Of a stretch of DNA of 64,000 bases, positions 22,261-32,370 are shown piece after piece. The stretch is from Nostoc sp. (lineage in GTDB: Bacteria; Cyanobacteriota; Cyanobacteriia; Cyanobacteriales; Nostocaceae): positions 131,605 through 195,604 of the forward strand of contig JBALDB010000009.1 in the NCBI GenBank assembly GCA_036918135.1, written 5' to 3'. The notes beneath the pieces were generated by a model. It was not told where the DNA came from. It worked only from the letters and a program-made list of their open reading frames with translations, and did no database searches. Each line of letters opens with the position of its first letter. Position 1 is the first letter of the stretch. Both the position numbers and the translations under genes were made by a program.

Positions 22261-23241
22261 ATGAAAACCAGAAAGTTAGGCAAACAAGGATTAGAAGTTT
22301 CAAATATTGGACTTGGTTGCATGGGAATGTCTGAGTTCTATAGTGGCCGTGATGAACAAGAAGCGATCGCCACAATTCATCGAGCATTAGAACTGGGAGT
22401 TAATTTTCTCGATACTGCTGATATGTATGGGCCTTTCACTAACGAGCAATTAGTAGGCAAAGCAATTAAAGACCGCCGCAAACAAGTAGTTTTAGCAACC
22501 AAATTTGGCAACGTCCGCACTGAAGATGGTGGTTGGAAAGGAATTAGCGGCAAACCAGAATATGTGCATCAAGCTTGCGATGCTTCCTTAAAACGTCTGG
22601 GAGTTGATGTGATTGACCTTTATTATCAACATCGGGTAGATCCAACTGTACCCATTGAAGATACTGTGGGGGCAATGGCAGAGTTAGTCCAGCAAGGAAA
22701 GGTGCGTTATTTAGGACTTTCGGAAGCTGCTCCGGCGACGATTCGACGCGCTGTAGCAGTTCACCCGATTTCGGCACTACAAACAGAATACTCTCTTTGG
22801 AGTCGAGAACCAGAGGATGAAATTTTACCTACTGTCCGGGAATTAGGAATTGGGTTTGTTCCCTATAGTCCATTAGGAAGAGGATTTTTATCCGGTGCAA
22901 TTACTAGCCCTGACGACCTCGCACCTGATGACTATCGCAGAAATGCTCCGCGCTTTCAAGGTGAGAATTTCTCTAAAAATCTGCAATTAGTCGAGCAAGT
23001 TAAAACAATTGCCACTGAAAAAGGAGTAACTCCCAGTCAGCTTGCACTAGCATGGCTTTTGGCTCAAGGAGAAGACATTGTGCCAATTCCAGGAACAAAA
23101 CGCCGTAATTATTTAGAGGAGAATATTGCAGCTACCGAAGTTACCCTGACCGAACAAGACTTGAATCAACTCGAAGCAGCTGCACCTAAAAATTTCGCAG
23201 CAGGCGATCGCTATTCTGACATGAGTAGTGTTAACCGTTGA
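22261..23241 (+). CDS. Aldo/keto reductase
   Basis: [40 protein letters not shown]. Confidence 0.95.
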   Translation: MKTRKLGKQGLEVSNIGLGCMGMSEFYSGRDEQEAIATIHRALELGVNFLDTADMYGPFTNEQLVGKAIKDRRKQVVLATKFGNVRTEDGGWKGISGKPEYVHQACDASLKRLGVDVIDLYYQHRVDPTVPIEDTVGAMAELVQQGKVRYLGLSEAAPATIRRAVAVHPISALQTEYSLWSREPEDEILPTVRELGIGFVPYSPLGRGFLSGAITSPDDLAPDDYRRNAPRFQGENFSKNLQLVEQVKTIATEKGVTPSQLALAWLLAQGEDIVPIPGTKRRNYLEENIAATEVTLTEQDLNQLEAAAPKNFAAGDRYSDMSSVNR

Positions 23242-23605
23242 TTGATTTGAATGTTGGAGTATTTTTTAGATTCTGCTTTTCTTGTAAAGTGGGCGTCTCG
23301 CCCGCCCGTATCGAACTAAGATTAACAGGCTTACGCACTGACTACAATTTTACGTTATTACGAACGTACTCCTTCTCTTAGAGACGTTACGCGAACCCAG
23401 AAGCAAGCTAGCAAGAGCGTCTCTAAGAGTTGCTAAATAATCGCCAAAAACTCTGGGATTGCTTCCCTACACTACGTTCCGGTCGCAATGACATGCCTAA
23501 GTCCTAATTAAATTAAACAATAGTTGAGCCTGGTAGTTCTGTAACTGGTGATTTTCCCCAAGTTTCAATTTGGTTAAATGTATGTTGGCTCAAAGGATAA
23601 AATTT

Positions 23606-24154
23606 TCACATTCCAAACCTAGGACGGCTGGTAAAGGTACACGAAAGCTGTGGGATTTCGGTTGCAACTTGTTGGATGTCGAAGTTGGGGGAAGTGACAT
23701 CGATTTTTTTGACAATTGTAAATCCCTCTGCTGCTATTGGCGGAAAGTCTTGTAGAGATTTATGCATGTTTTCAATCACTAAATCTGGAACTTGACGGAT
23801 GCGTTGTTGGTTCCATAACTTGCAAGTTGCAATGGGAGTTTGCAAATACCACGCCATCCAAACAGGAAAAACAGCAACAGCAGATTTCAGCTTACTGAGC
23901 AAATCTATCCGCCATACACGCTTGGCATTGGTAGCATCATAGATAATGGAATCACCTTCAGCTAACGCATCCACAATTTCCGAGATTGCTTTTTCTTCAA
24001 CCCAACTCCACTCACCCTGAATACTCGCATCACCATAGAGTTGTTGACGAATTGCATCAGTAGAGACAATGCGATAATTCCCCAGTTTTGCTAACTCGGC
24101 GGCGAAGGTAGATTTCCCGCTACCGGGGACACCAATGAGAAAGTGACAAATCAT
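23606..24154 (-). CDS. AAA_33 P-loop kinase (polynucleotide-kinase-like)
   Basis: LIGVPGSGKST, STDAIRQQLYGD, YDATN, R..QVP..VI..M. Confidence 0.85.
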   Translation of the reverse strand: MICHFLIGVPGSGKSTFAAELAKLGNYRIVSTDAIRQQLYGDASIQGEWSWVEEKAISEIVDALAEGDSIIYDATNAKRVWRIDLLSKLKSAVAVFPVWMAWYLQTPIATCKLWNQQRIRQVPDLVIENMHKSLQDFPPIAAEGFTIVKKIDVTSPNFDIQQVATEIPQLSCTFTSRPRFGM

Positions 24155-24337
24155 CAGCACTTCCAGGCTAAAAGTTCTTCTACTTTCACTTTTAGCTGTT
24201 ATTTCTTTGTTGTCCAGGGTTTTCAAGCGAATGACGAAATAATTCGTAATTAGAATCAGGATTTTAGTGAAAAGGGTGGTTAAAAACAGCGTGTAAACAC
24301 GTAAAACTTAATCTTTGTGGATTTCAAATTCTAAAGT

Positions 24338-24562
24338 TGGGGTTTGAGAAAGTAAAAGCTTATTTTACTTGCGGAAAACACCAAAATCAGAAAGCAAACT
24401 GGGGTTTGAGAAAGCCAAAGCTTATTTTACTTGCGGAAAACACCAAAATCAGAAAGCAAACTGGGGTTTGAGAAAGCCAAAGCTTATTTTACTTACTGAA
24501 TATACTGAAATGAGAAAGTCAAATGGCATTTTGAGAAAGCATTTAAACATTTTGAGAAAGCA
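24338..24562. repeat. 62-bp tandem repeat (about 2.5 copies) followed by GAGAAAG motifs at 21-bp spacing
   Basis: TGGGGTTTGAGAAAG at 24338, 24400, 24462; GAGAAAG at 24512, 24533, 24554. Confidence 0.85.
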
Positions 24563-24718
24563 ATTGCAGATTTTACTTATTAAATCTAGTCAAAGTATAA
24601 AGTTTAAATAAAGTTCTTAAAAATATTGCTGATAAATGCTAATTATTTTTTATATAAATACTTAATAAGTATAATATAATACTTAACTTGAGAATAACAA
24701 AGGCGATCGCCCTAATTG

Positions 24719-27700
24719 TTATGCCATCTGCCGAGCCATCAACTGAGCAAATAATCCTTCTTTAGTTGCCAACTCTTGAAAAGTTCCTTGTTGCACAACT
24801 CGCCCTGCTTGAAGTACGTAAATGCGGTGAGCATTGCGGATGGTACTAAGCCGATGAGCAATAATGATTTTAGTGACTTGCAATTTATCCAAGCTTTGAC
24901 TAACTATCGCTTGGGTTATGTTATCGAGCGCACTAGTGGCTTCATCAAATAGTAAAATTTTAGGTTTGAGTGCTAAAGCTCGTGCAATCAATAGCCGTTG
25001 TCGTTGTCCACCAGAAATATTACTACCGCCTTCACTGACGACTGTGTGCATCCCCATTGGCATGGCAGCGATATCATCTGCTAAACCCGCCATTCGAGCC
25101 GCTTCCCAAGCCTCATCAATCGTCACAGCTGCACCACTAGTAATGTTATTAAAAATAGAAGCCGACATCAGCCGACTATTTTGCAGTACAACACCTAATT
25201 GACGGCGCACAGCATGGATATCCACAGAAGCTAAATCTTGTCCGTTGTAATAAACCTCGCCTGATTTGGGAGATTCAAACCCTAAAAGTAGTCTTAATAA
25301 AGTTGATTTCCCACTCCCAGAAGGGCCAACAATCGCAATGAATTCTCCAGCTTGAGCCTGAATACTAACGTTATCTAATACTAAAGGAGAATCATCACTG
25401 TAGCGAAAACTGACACGCTTTAGGGCTAATCTACCTGAAAGTTTTCCGGGATCTGCTTGGTTGAAGGTAATTTCTGGTTCTGCTAGGAGAATTGGTTTAG
25501 CTCGTTGCCACAAAGGCATGACTTGCAAGACTTCTACAAATGTATTGCTGAGGCTAGTTACTGCATGTATAAAAGTGCTAAAGGCAACATTAAATGCTAA
25601 GAAAGTGCCAATAGATAAGCTAGGTTCTCTCGATACATGGGACTGTTCAATTAAGCTAGCAGCAAACCAAAATAGAGCCGCAGTTGTTAAGGTAGGTAGT
25701 ACTTTATTAATCACCGCAAGACTATCTTCAATACCTTGCCTACTGAGGATTGTTTTTAGTTGTTGGGTATATTGTTGACCCCAATAAGCAAAAGCACGAG
25801 TTTCAGCTTTAGCGACTTTGAGTTTAGCTACTCCATTAATCAACTGTACAACTACACCAAAGATTGTACCTTCATAGGTTAATCCTGAGCGAGCTTTACG
25901 GAGGATCGCAATCCCGAAGATGATAGTCACAGCAGTATTTATCAGTGCGACTGCACAAGCTAATAGAGCTAAATAAATATTGTAGTAGAACAATAATCCG
26001 AGATTGAGCAACGAAAACAAGCTAGAAAGGCTTGATTTTAAGATTGTATTACCCAATCTTTGGTGAATTTGACTAACAGCAGTAACTCTAGAATTTAAGT
26101 CACCAACTGAAAAAGAGCGGAAAAAAGAAAGCTTGAGATTGAGTAATCGATCCCAAACTGCTGCTTGAATAGAAGAGGTAGCAAAAGTTTCTAGCCTAAT
26201 CGTAGCCAGCCCTTGAGTTAATTGAAACAACATTGCGCCTGCATCGGCGACCACTAATCCAAAAGCAACTTGACCCAGTAGAGCGCGATTTGCATCAGGG
26301 ATAGCTTTGTCAATTAAAATAGCTGTAGCAAAAGGTGTGAGCATTCCTAAGGAACTAACTATAATTCCCGCCCATGAAATTACAATCAATTCTTTATAAT
26401 GTCGTTGGAAAGCAAATAGAAGTAAATCTAGAGGTTTGAGATGTTTCTCACTAAAAGGTCGATAAAATATGTAAGCATTTGGAATTAGTGTTGTTGCTGT
26501 GCGAGCATCTACAAGGACAGAGGTTTGTTTACCAAGCGCATAAAGTTGATAACGGTTATCAGACGTTGGTAATAATGCCACTGGCAACTTGGTCTTTTCG
26601 GTATATGCTAATATCGGGCCGTAATCCTGTCGCCACCAGTTGTCTGGCAACTTAATTTGTCGCACTCGGATACACGAAGCGCGAGCTAAAGCCTCTACAG
26701 AGTCTTTGATTTCCTGAGAATCTTTAAAAATTGCTGGGGGACGAATTTCAATTCCTAAAGCTCTGCCTACAGCACCGGCCGCGACTAATAAAGCTTGCTG
26801 GCTTTCGGTTAGATAGAAATTTGTATTCAAAGTTGAGCGATTACTTACTTTGTCTGACCTTGGTTGCAGCACAGATGCCAATTGAGCTAATGTTTGTGTC
26901 ATTAACTCACGTTCAAGGCGTTCCTTTGACTCTAATCTGAGTAATTCTGCATCTATTTTTTGTGTGGGATTTTTAATAGCATCTATCTCGGTTAAAGAAG
27001 TTGCAGAAATAGAGGAATCTTCAGCAAAATTAGTTTCTGCTATTGGAACAATATTAGATTCAAACTCCAAGTTTTGTTCGCTACGAATTAATTGCAAGTA
27101 TGGCCCTTCAATTTGCTGTAATTGCTCATGAGTTCCTTGTTGAACTATCTTTCCACGTTCAATAACAATAATTTCATCGCAATCTCGAATAGTCGAAAGT
27201 CGGTGTGCAATAATTATGCAAGTGCAACCACGCGCTTGCAAATTCTGAGTGACTTGGCTTTCAGTCTTGGCATCTAAGGCACTGGTGGCTTCATCTAAAA
27301 TCAGAATGCTGGGATGATTAACCAAGGCACGCGCAATTTCTAAGCGTTGTCGCTGACCACCACTGAGATTAGCTGCACCCTCTAACAGCGCTGCATTGTA
27401 CTTTCCTGGTAGAGAAACAATCAAATCATGAATTTCAGCATCTTGGCAAGCCTGAACTAAATCTTCGTTGGGTATAGTACTGTCCCAAAGTGTCAAGTTA
27501 TCTTTGACACTGCCAGCAAAGAAAAAGATTTCTTGGTTTACCGCAGAGATAGAATTAACTAATACTTGGCGCTCAATTTGTTCTTTTGGTTCACCGTCGA
27601 GGTAAATTTCTCCCTGCCAAGGTTGGTAAAGTCCACACAAAAGTTTGGCAATAGTAGATTTACCACAACCACTAGCACCAATAACAGCAACTTTTTGTCC

Positions 27701-29281
27701 TTTTTTGACACAGAGATTAAAATTCTCTATTATCGGTGGAGCTATTTGGTTATAGCCAAACGTGACATTGCGTAATTCAACATCCCCATTTAATTTCAAC
27801 TTGGAGGTAGAGGATAAATCTTTCTTTTTTTTCTCTTTGCCTCTTTTTGGTTCTAACTGCGGGTCAATGGGGTTATTTAAAACATCATCAAGGCGATTAA
27901 GGTTGCCTTCCATCTCTTGCAGGTTACTTCCTAAGTGAACCAGATTATTCACAGGCTCAAGAAATCTTTGCATCATGCCTTGGAAAGCAACTAACATGCC
28001 GATGCTGATGGCTCCATCCATGACTCGCAAACCGCCGATCGCTAATATGAGCATAGATGCAATAGCTGATAGAAATGTTGGTAAAATTCCTAATATCTGG
28101 TTTGTTACTTCTAATTGCTGACGTATGTTGATAGCTTTGGTGTAGTTACCAGCCCAGCGAGAGAAAAAATCTGACTCTAATCCAGATGCTTTGAGCGTCT
28201 CTATACTTTGAAGACCAGAAATCGTTATCCCCTCGATTTTTCCATACTCTTGGATCATTTTAGTATTAGTATCCGTGCGATGACTGCTTACCCATTGCAA
28301 AGTAAGAAGGTTCGCCGTAACAAAGGCGATCGCAATTGAAGTTAGTAATACGTCGTATTGCAGCATTACTATTACATATATAAGTATAGAAGCTGCGGCG
28401 ATCGCACTAGTAGCTAACTTCCCGGAAAGCAAGTTTGCTATACTATCGTTGAGTTGTATACGGCTACTGATTTCTCCTGCAAATCGCTGATCGTAAAAAC
28501 TAATGCTTAGGCGTAAAATATGCCATAAAAATTTACTATTCATGCTGGCGGACAGCTTGACTTTTAACTGACGCAGAAATTGCAACTGTAACAGCGTCAA
28601 AAATCCATTGAGTCCGGCTGTGAAAATCATCCCTAAAATTAGCGGACGCAACCATTCATTTTTGCCGTCAACTAATACACTATCTATAAAAACTTGAGAA
28701 AATGCAGGTATGGCTAATCCGGGAATGACTTGTAAAAAACCTGCTAGTACAGAGTAAAGTATAACACCAACAGATCCTTGCAGACGCGACCATAAACTTG
28801 AAATCGTGCTAGGTTTGCGTCCGCCTTTTTGGAAATCTGAACCAGGTTCTAAAACCAGCACAATACCTGTGTAGGAGTCACTAAATTCTTTCCAAGAGAC
28901 ATTACGCCGTCCACTAGCAGGATCGTTGAGATAAACTCGTTCCTTGCTTAAACTTTCTACGACTAAGAAATGGTTCAAGTTCCAAAATACAATGCAAGGA
29001 AGTTTGAGATGCCACAGAGCAGTTAAGTTTTTCTTATAACCCTTAGTGTTGAGTCCATAGGTTTGGGCTGCCTTAAGAACGTTAGAAGCATTAACACCAT
29101 CCCTTGACACTCCACAAGCTTGCCTAAGTTCCGTCAGTGGGACAATGCGACCATAGTACGCCAAAATAATTCCCAAAGCAGCCGCCCCACATTCTGCTAC
29201 CTCCATTTGCAGTACAGTCGGAGTATGACACCGCTTGCTTTTACGTCCGATTATCCTCTGGAGATTTTGCCACCACATCAT
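24719..29281 (-). CDS. Fused NHLP/NHLM bacteriocin exporter: C39 peptidase-TMD-NBD plus second TMD-NBD
   Basis: TPTVLQMEVAECGAAAL, WNLNHFLVV, LNDPASG; GASGCGKS/LSGGQRQR/LILDEATSALD; second module IRVRQIKLPDNWWRQDYGPILAY, GPSGSGKS/ISGGQRQR. Confidence 0.93.
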   Translation of the reverse strand: MMWWQNLQRIIGRKSKRCHTPTVLQMEVAECGAAALGIILAYYGRIVPLTELRQACGVSRDGVNASNVLKAAQTYGLNTKGYKKNLTALWHLKLPCIVFWNLNHFLVVESLSKERVYLNDPASGRRNVSWKEFSDSYTGIVLVLEPGSDFQKGGRKPSTISSLWSRLQGSVGVILYSVLAGFLQVIPGLAIPAFSQVFIDSVLVDGKNEWLRPLILGMIFTAGLNGFLTLLQLQFLRQLKVKLSASMNSKFLWHILRLSISFYDQRFAGEISSRIQLNDSIANLLSGKLATSAIAAASILIYVIVMLQYDVLLTSIAIAFVTANLLTLQWVSSHRTDTNTKMIQEYGKIEGITISGLQSIETLKASGLESDFFSRWAGNYTKAINIRQQLEVTNQILGILPTFLSAIASMLILAIGGLRVMDGAISIGMLVAFQGMMQRFLEPVNNLVHLGSNLQEMEGNLNRLDDVLNNPIDPQLEPKRGKEKKKKDLSSTSKLKLNGDVELRNVTFGYNQIAPPIIENFNLCVKKGQKVAVIGASGCGKSTIAKLLCGLYQPWQGEIYLDGEPKEQIERQVLVNSISAVNQEIFFFAGSVKDNLTLWDSTIPNEDLVQACQDAEIHDLIVSLPGKYNAALLEGAANLSGGQRQRLEIARALVNHPSILILDEATSALDAKTESQVTQNLQARGCTCIIIAHRLSTIRDCDEIIVIERGKIVQQGTHEQLQQIEGPYLQLIRSEQNLEFESNIVPIAETNFAEDSSISATSLTEIDAIKNPTQKIDAELLRLESKERLERELMTQTLAQLASVLQPRSDKVSNRSTLNTNFYLTESQQALLVAAGAVGRALGIEIRPPAIFKDSQEIKDSVEALARASCIRVRQIKLPDNWWRQDYGPILAYTEKTKLPVALLPTSDNRYQLYALGKQTSVLVDARTATTLIPNAYIFYRPFSEKHLKPLDLLLFAFQRHYKELIVISWAGIIVSSLGMLTPFATAILIDKAIPDANRALLGQVAFGLVVADAGAMLFQLTQGLATIRLETFATSSIQAAVWDRLLNLKLSFFRSFSVGDLNSRVTAVSQIHQRLGNTILKSSLSSLFSLLNLGLLFYYNIYLALLACAVALINTAVTIIFGIAILRKARSGLTYEGTIFGVVVQLINGVAKLKVAKAETRAFAYWGQQYTQQLKTILSRQGIEDSLAVINKVLPTLTTAALFWFAASLIEQSHVSREPSLSIGTFLAFNVAFSTFIHAVTSLSNTFVEVLQVMPLWQRAKPILLAEPEITFNQADPGKLSGRLALKRVSFRYSDDSPLVLDNVSIQAQAGEFIAIVGPSGSGKSTLLRLLLGFESPKSGEVYYNGQDLASVDIHAVRRQLGVVLQNSRLMSASIFNNITSGAAVTIDEAWEAARMAGLADDIAAMPMGMHTVVSEGGSNISGGQRQRLLIARALALKPKILLFDEATSALDNITQAIVSQSLDKLQVTKIIIAHRLSTIRNAHRIYVLQAGRVVQQGTFQELATKEGLFAQLMARQMA

Positions 29282-29283
29282 AT

Positions 29284-30729
29284 TTAGTTAATGCCACTCC
29301 AAGATTTAAAAAGCGGTAGGACAAAAGAAATTGGGGCGCGTTCTTCCACGGTAACTTGTACAATGGTGGTGGTTCCAGGAGTGATTTGCAACTGCGGCCC
29401 TTGGGAGGAAGACCATTTGTAGCCGCTGAAAGTCGAAGGGTCTGATTGCAGTTGAGCAGCAACTTGGATTTGCGGTTCTTGTGACATCAAAGCTTGGACA
29501 AATTCTGCATTGCCTACGACACTTAATGCACTCTCTTTAGTTACAGGAAAGGCTGAAACATCGGTAACAGCGCCAATAATCCCACCAAAGCGTTCTCGTT
29601 GTACTGTACTTGGCGTGACTTGTACTTTCATTCCTGTTTGAATTTGCTTACCATTACCAACCGGAAAAAATGCCACACTCATTTTTTGAGATACTCGTTG
29701 TTGGGCAGCGATCGCTCCTATGGGTGTACCCTGCAAAACAACCTGTCCGGGTGTAGCCGAGATTTCTAAAACCCTTCCTGAGTAACTGCTTTTTATCAGG
29801 CTATCGTTCATCACTTGCACTGCCAATTGAGCAATATTACGCTGGACTTCTTGAATTTCTTTTTTGCGGTTAGTTACAGTTTCTAAGTCTTGTTGCTCTG
29901 AGAGTGCTTGTTGGCTATCTAGTCGCTTCAGTTGTGCTTGCAAATCTTTAATTGAGTTCAAATTCTCCAGGTATTGCCGTTGAGCATCTGCTTCTTTCAC
30001 GTCTAATTGCTTGAGTTGCGATTCGGCTTCATTAATTTGGGTGAGAGCATTTAAGTAATCTTGCTGTGCTTGTAATACTGTATCACCAGCAATTGCTCCT
30101 TCTTGCAAAAGTTGCCGACGGTTGTTTAATCTTTGTTTAAAAGTCGGCAGTAGTTCCCGCAGTGCTTCGAGGCGTTGTTTTTGATTAGCGCGATCGCTCT
30201 CAATTGAGTCCAGCCCTTTATCTTTTAAAATTGGTGTTAGCTTTTGTACAGCTTGCAAGCTTTGCTGTAAAGTTTGGCGTTGCTGCCCAATAGCCTGTTT
30301 ATCTATATTCTGACGTTGTTGTTGCAAAGAACTAGCTTCGCGATCCTGTGCTTGCAGTTGCTCTAATTTAGTGCGTAATAGTTGTAGCTGTTTTATTAGT
30401 TCGCTTTGGTCTAGTGTCGCCAGTACGTCTCCCCTGTTAACAAAGTCACCAACACTAACATTTACTGTTCGCAATTTTCCAGCAACTGGTGACTGAAATG
30501 ACGTAACCGTACTGGGATAGACTATTATCCCAGCACCTGTCACCGTAATTGGAATTCGACCTAAGATACTCCAAAAAAGCCCCGCCGCTACTAATGAACC
30601 TACAGCAAATAGAGGTAGCCACTTTTGCAGCTTGACTATCTGCATGATTTGGTCTAATTCTTCTGGAGAAGAAGCACGTTCTAAAGCTTCTTTGCGGAAC
30701 AAATAATTATGATTTTTAAGATTGTTCAC
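29284..30729 (-). CDS. NHLP bacteriocin system secretion protein (HlyD-type membrane fusion protein)
   Basis: LFRKEALERASSPEELDQIMQIV, long coiled coil, QRERFGGIIG, SGYKWSSSQGP, EERAPISFVLP. Confidence 0.93.
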   Translation of the reverse strand: MNNLKNHNYLFRKEALERASSPEELDQIMQIVKLQKWLPLFAVGSLVAAGLFWSILGRIPITVTGAGIIVYPSTVTSFQSPVAGKLRTVNVSVGDFVNRGDVLATLDQSELIKQLQLLRTKLEQLQAQDREASSLQQQRQNIDKQAIGQQRQTLQQSLQAVQKLTPILKDKGLDSIESDRANQKQRLEALRELLPTFKQRLNNRRQLLQEGAIAGDTVLQAQQDYLNALTQINEAESQLKQLDVKEADAQRQYLENLNSIKDLQAQLKRLDSQQALSEQQDLETVTNRKKEIQEVQRNIAQLAVQVMNDSLIKSSYSGRVLEISATPGQVVLQGTPIGAIAAQQRVSQKMSVAFFPVGNGKQIQTGMKVQVTPSTVQRERFGGIIGAVTDVSAFPVTKESALSVVGNAEFVQALMSQEPQIQVAAQLQSDPSTFSGYKWSSSQGPQLQITPGTTTIVQVTVEERAPISFVLPLFKSWSGIN

Positions 30730-31262
30730 TAATAGTAAATATTATAAGTATACTGATTACTAATTTGCTGTTATCAACACAAATCTGTCATAACCTAAGA
30801 AATAATTAGTTTAATTTGCTATTTACAAAAATTTCTGCTTTATCTAAATATAATTTAATGTTTTGGGGTTAGAATTTAGTTTTTTGTACGAGCAGTGAAT
30901 GAATTGCAGGGGTTTAAAACTGCCACTAAAATTTGAATTTATAGTAGTAGGTCTGAATCCTTCACGACAAATGTTCTGACTCCTGACTTCTTCAATGTTA
31001 ATCATATAATAATTCATCTAATTGTTTGCGATCGCAAATATTGCTTTACTTGTATTAATTTTTACAAAAATAACTGAAGTAAATAATCTGACATGAGCGC
31101 AAAATTCTTTACGTAGATAATCAAAAATCAACATTTTCGGGGTGTGTGAAGTTTTTTTTAAATACTAAATAAGAGTTTAATATAAATTTGCTTATTATTT
31201 AATAGCTATCAATTAACAAGCTACCATATAAAAACTTGATTATCAATATCTTATGTTAAATA

Positions 31263-31434
31263 TATTACTTTTCTTACTTTTCTTACTTTACCCACTTTTC
31301 TAATACCGTTGTTGTAAACAAGAACTACATACTACATCTTTTATCCAGTAAAATTTGTGGTTTTTCATCACTCATTCAGCCCATTACTATAATACAAAAA
31401 AGTAGGAAAAGTAGGAAAAGTAGGAAAAGTAATA
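31263..31434. promoter_or_regulatory. Inverted pair of 4x9-bp repeat arrays in the divergent promoter
   Basis: (TTACTTTTC)-type x4 at 31265-31300 and (GAAAAGTAG/A) x4 at 31397-31432. Confidence 0.6.
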
Positions 31435-31582
31435 AGTTTTGGAAAATACCTATTTGGTCGTGAAAAAACCTGATATTATTCGTATAGAATCTGTGAGTAA
31501 TTTGAAAAAAACTACAATGAGGACAGAAATGAGAACAGATATCAAAGTAAAAACAACAAACTTGCAAGAAGGGGAAATAATC

Positions 31583-31741
31583 ATGAATCCTTTACCAGAA
31601 CAACTCAACAATGAAGAATTTCTAGATGGTGAGCTATCAGAAGAAGACTTGAATATAATAGCAGCTGGATTGTCAGGGAATGTGGACTTAAAGATTAGTG
31701 GTTCTGGCGGGGTGGATGCAAAGTTAGGCCTTCACCGTTAA
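31583..31741 (+). CDS. RiPP/bacteriocin precursor peptide, double-glycine-type leader (52 aa)
   Basis: AAGAAGGGG RBS, then MNPLPEQLNNEEFLDGELSEEDLNIIAAG|LSGNVDLKISGSGGVDAKLGLHR; ELSxxxLxxIAAG leader motif next to a C39 exporter. Confidence 0.85.
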   Translation: MNPLPEQLNNEEFLDGELSEEDLNIIAAGLSGNVDLKISGSGGVDAKLGLHR

Positions 31742-31795
31742 GACAGATACACCTCGTTTAAAGGCAAATATCTGATAAATTTAACTGCATCTGTC

Positions 31796-31824
31796 GTAGG
31801 GGTTTAGTATTGCTGAACTCCTAC
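31796..31824 (+). terminator. Hairpin (REP-like) downstream of the precursor gene
   Basis: GTAGGGGTTTAG-TATTG-CTGAACTCCTAC stem-loop with G-U pairs; no clear U tract. Confidence 0.45.
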
Positions 31825-31920
31825 CGTTGACATCAAAGAACAATTAATAAAAGCTTGAAACAACCTATTTTTGTCAACCCATACCATAACTAATTTGTAC
31901 AGTGTGTAAATCCTAAATAT

Positions 31921-32086
31921 TAGCCCTTTCAAGGTGACTCGAAAAATCTCTGTTTTCTTATCTGCGCTTTCTGTAACTCTGTGTTTTTAAAGTAATTTAT
32001 CGAACCACTGAAATGCAGAGAACACAGATAAAAGAGGTTAAAGAGAGATTTTTTAAATAATATTTTTATCCACCTTGAAAGGGCTA
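31921..32086. mobile_element. MITE with perfect 16-bp TIRs
   Basis: TAGCCCTTTCAAGGTG ... CACCTTGAAAGGGCTA. Confidence 0.75.
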
Positions 32087-32370
32087 GTCCTAAATGTTAT
32101 TGAAATCGCTAGGCATTTTATTACTTGTAGGTGCCTTATTGAGAATGCCTAACAAAGTATCAGAGTTTGGTGGTTAAAAATATCTGAAGTAATAGATTGC
32201 AACCTTCAATAAAGAACTGTAGGCAATAGTTTTTTGATGCATCTTTATCTGAAAACAGTATAACTACTAAAACTTTATTGGAGAAACAGGGGGAGAAGAA
32301 ATCGGATATTTGTAATGGATGCAGGAATTGAGTAACTTAATTTTTGGATGTCTCTCATCATTACTTACAC

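Noticed and set aside
24338..24562. CRISPR array
   Set aside because: Units repeat in full with no unique spacers, and no cas genes are present in the window
24369..24611. 80-aa ORF
   Set aside because: Produced by the tandem repeat; TTG start, no RBS, no recognisable motif
31439..31582. N-terminal extension making the precursor 100 aa (Nif11/NHLP-length leader)
   Set aside because: TTG start without an RBS and no Nif11/NHLP similarity; a clear RBS precedes the ATG at 31583
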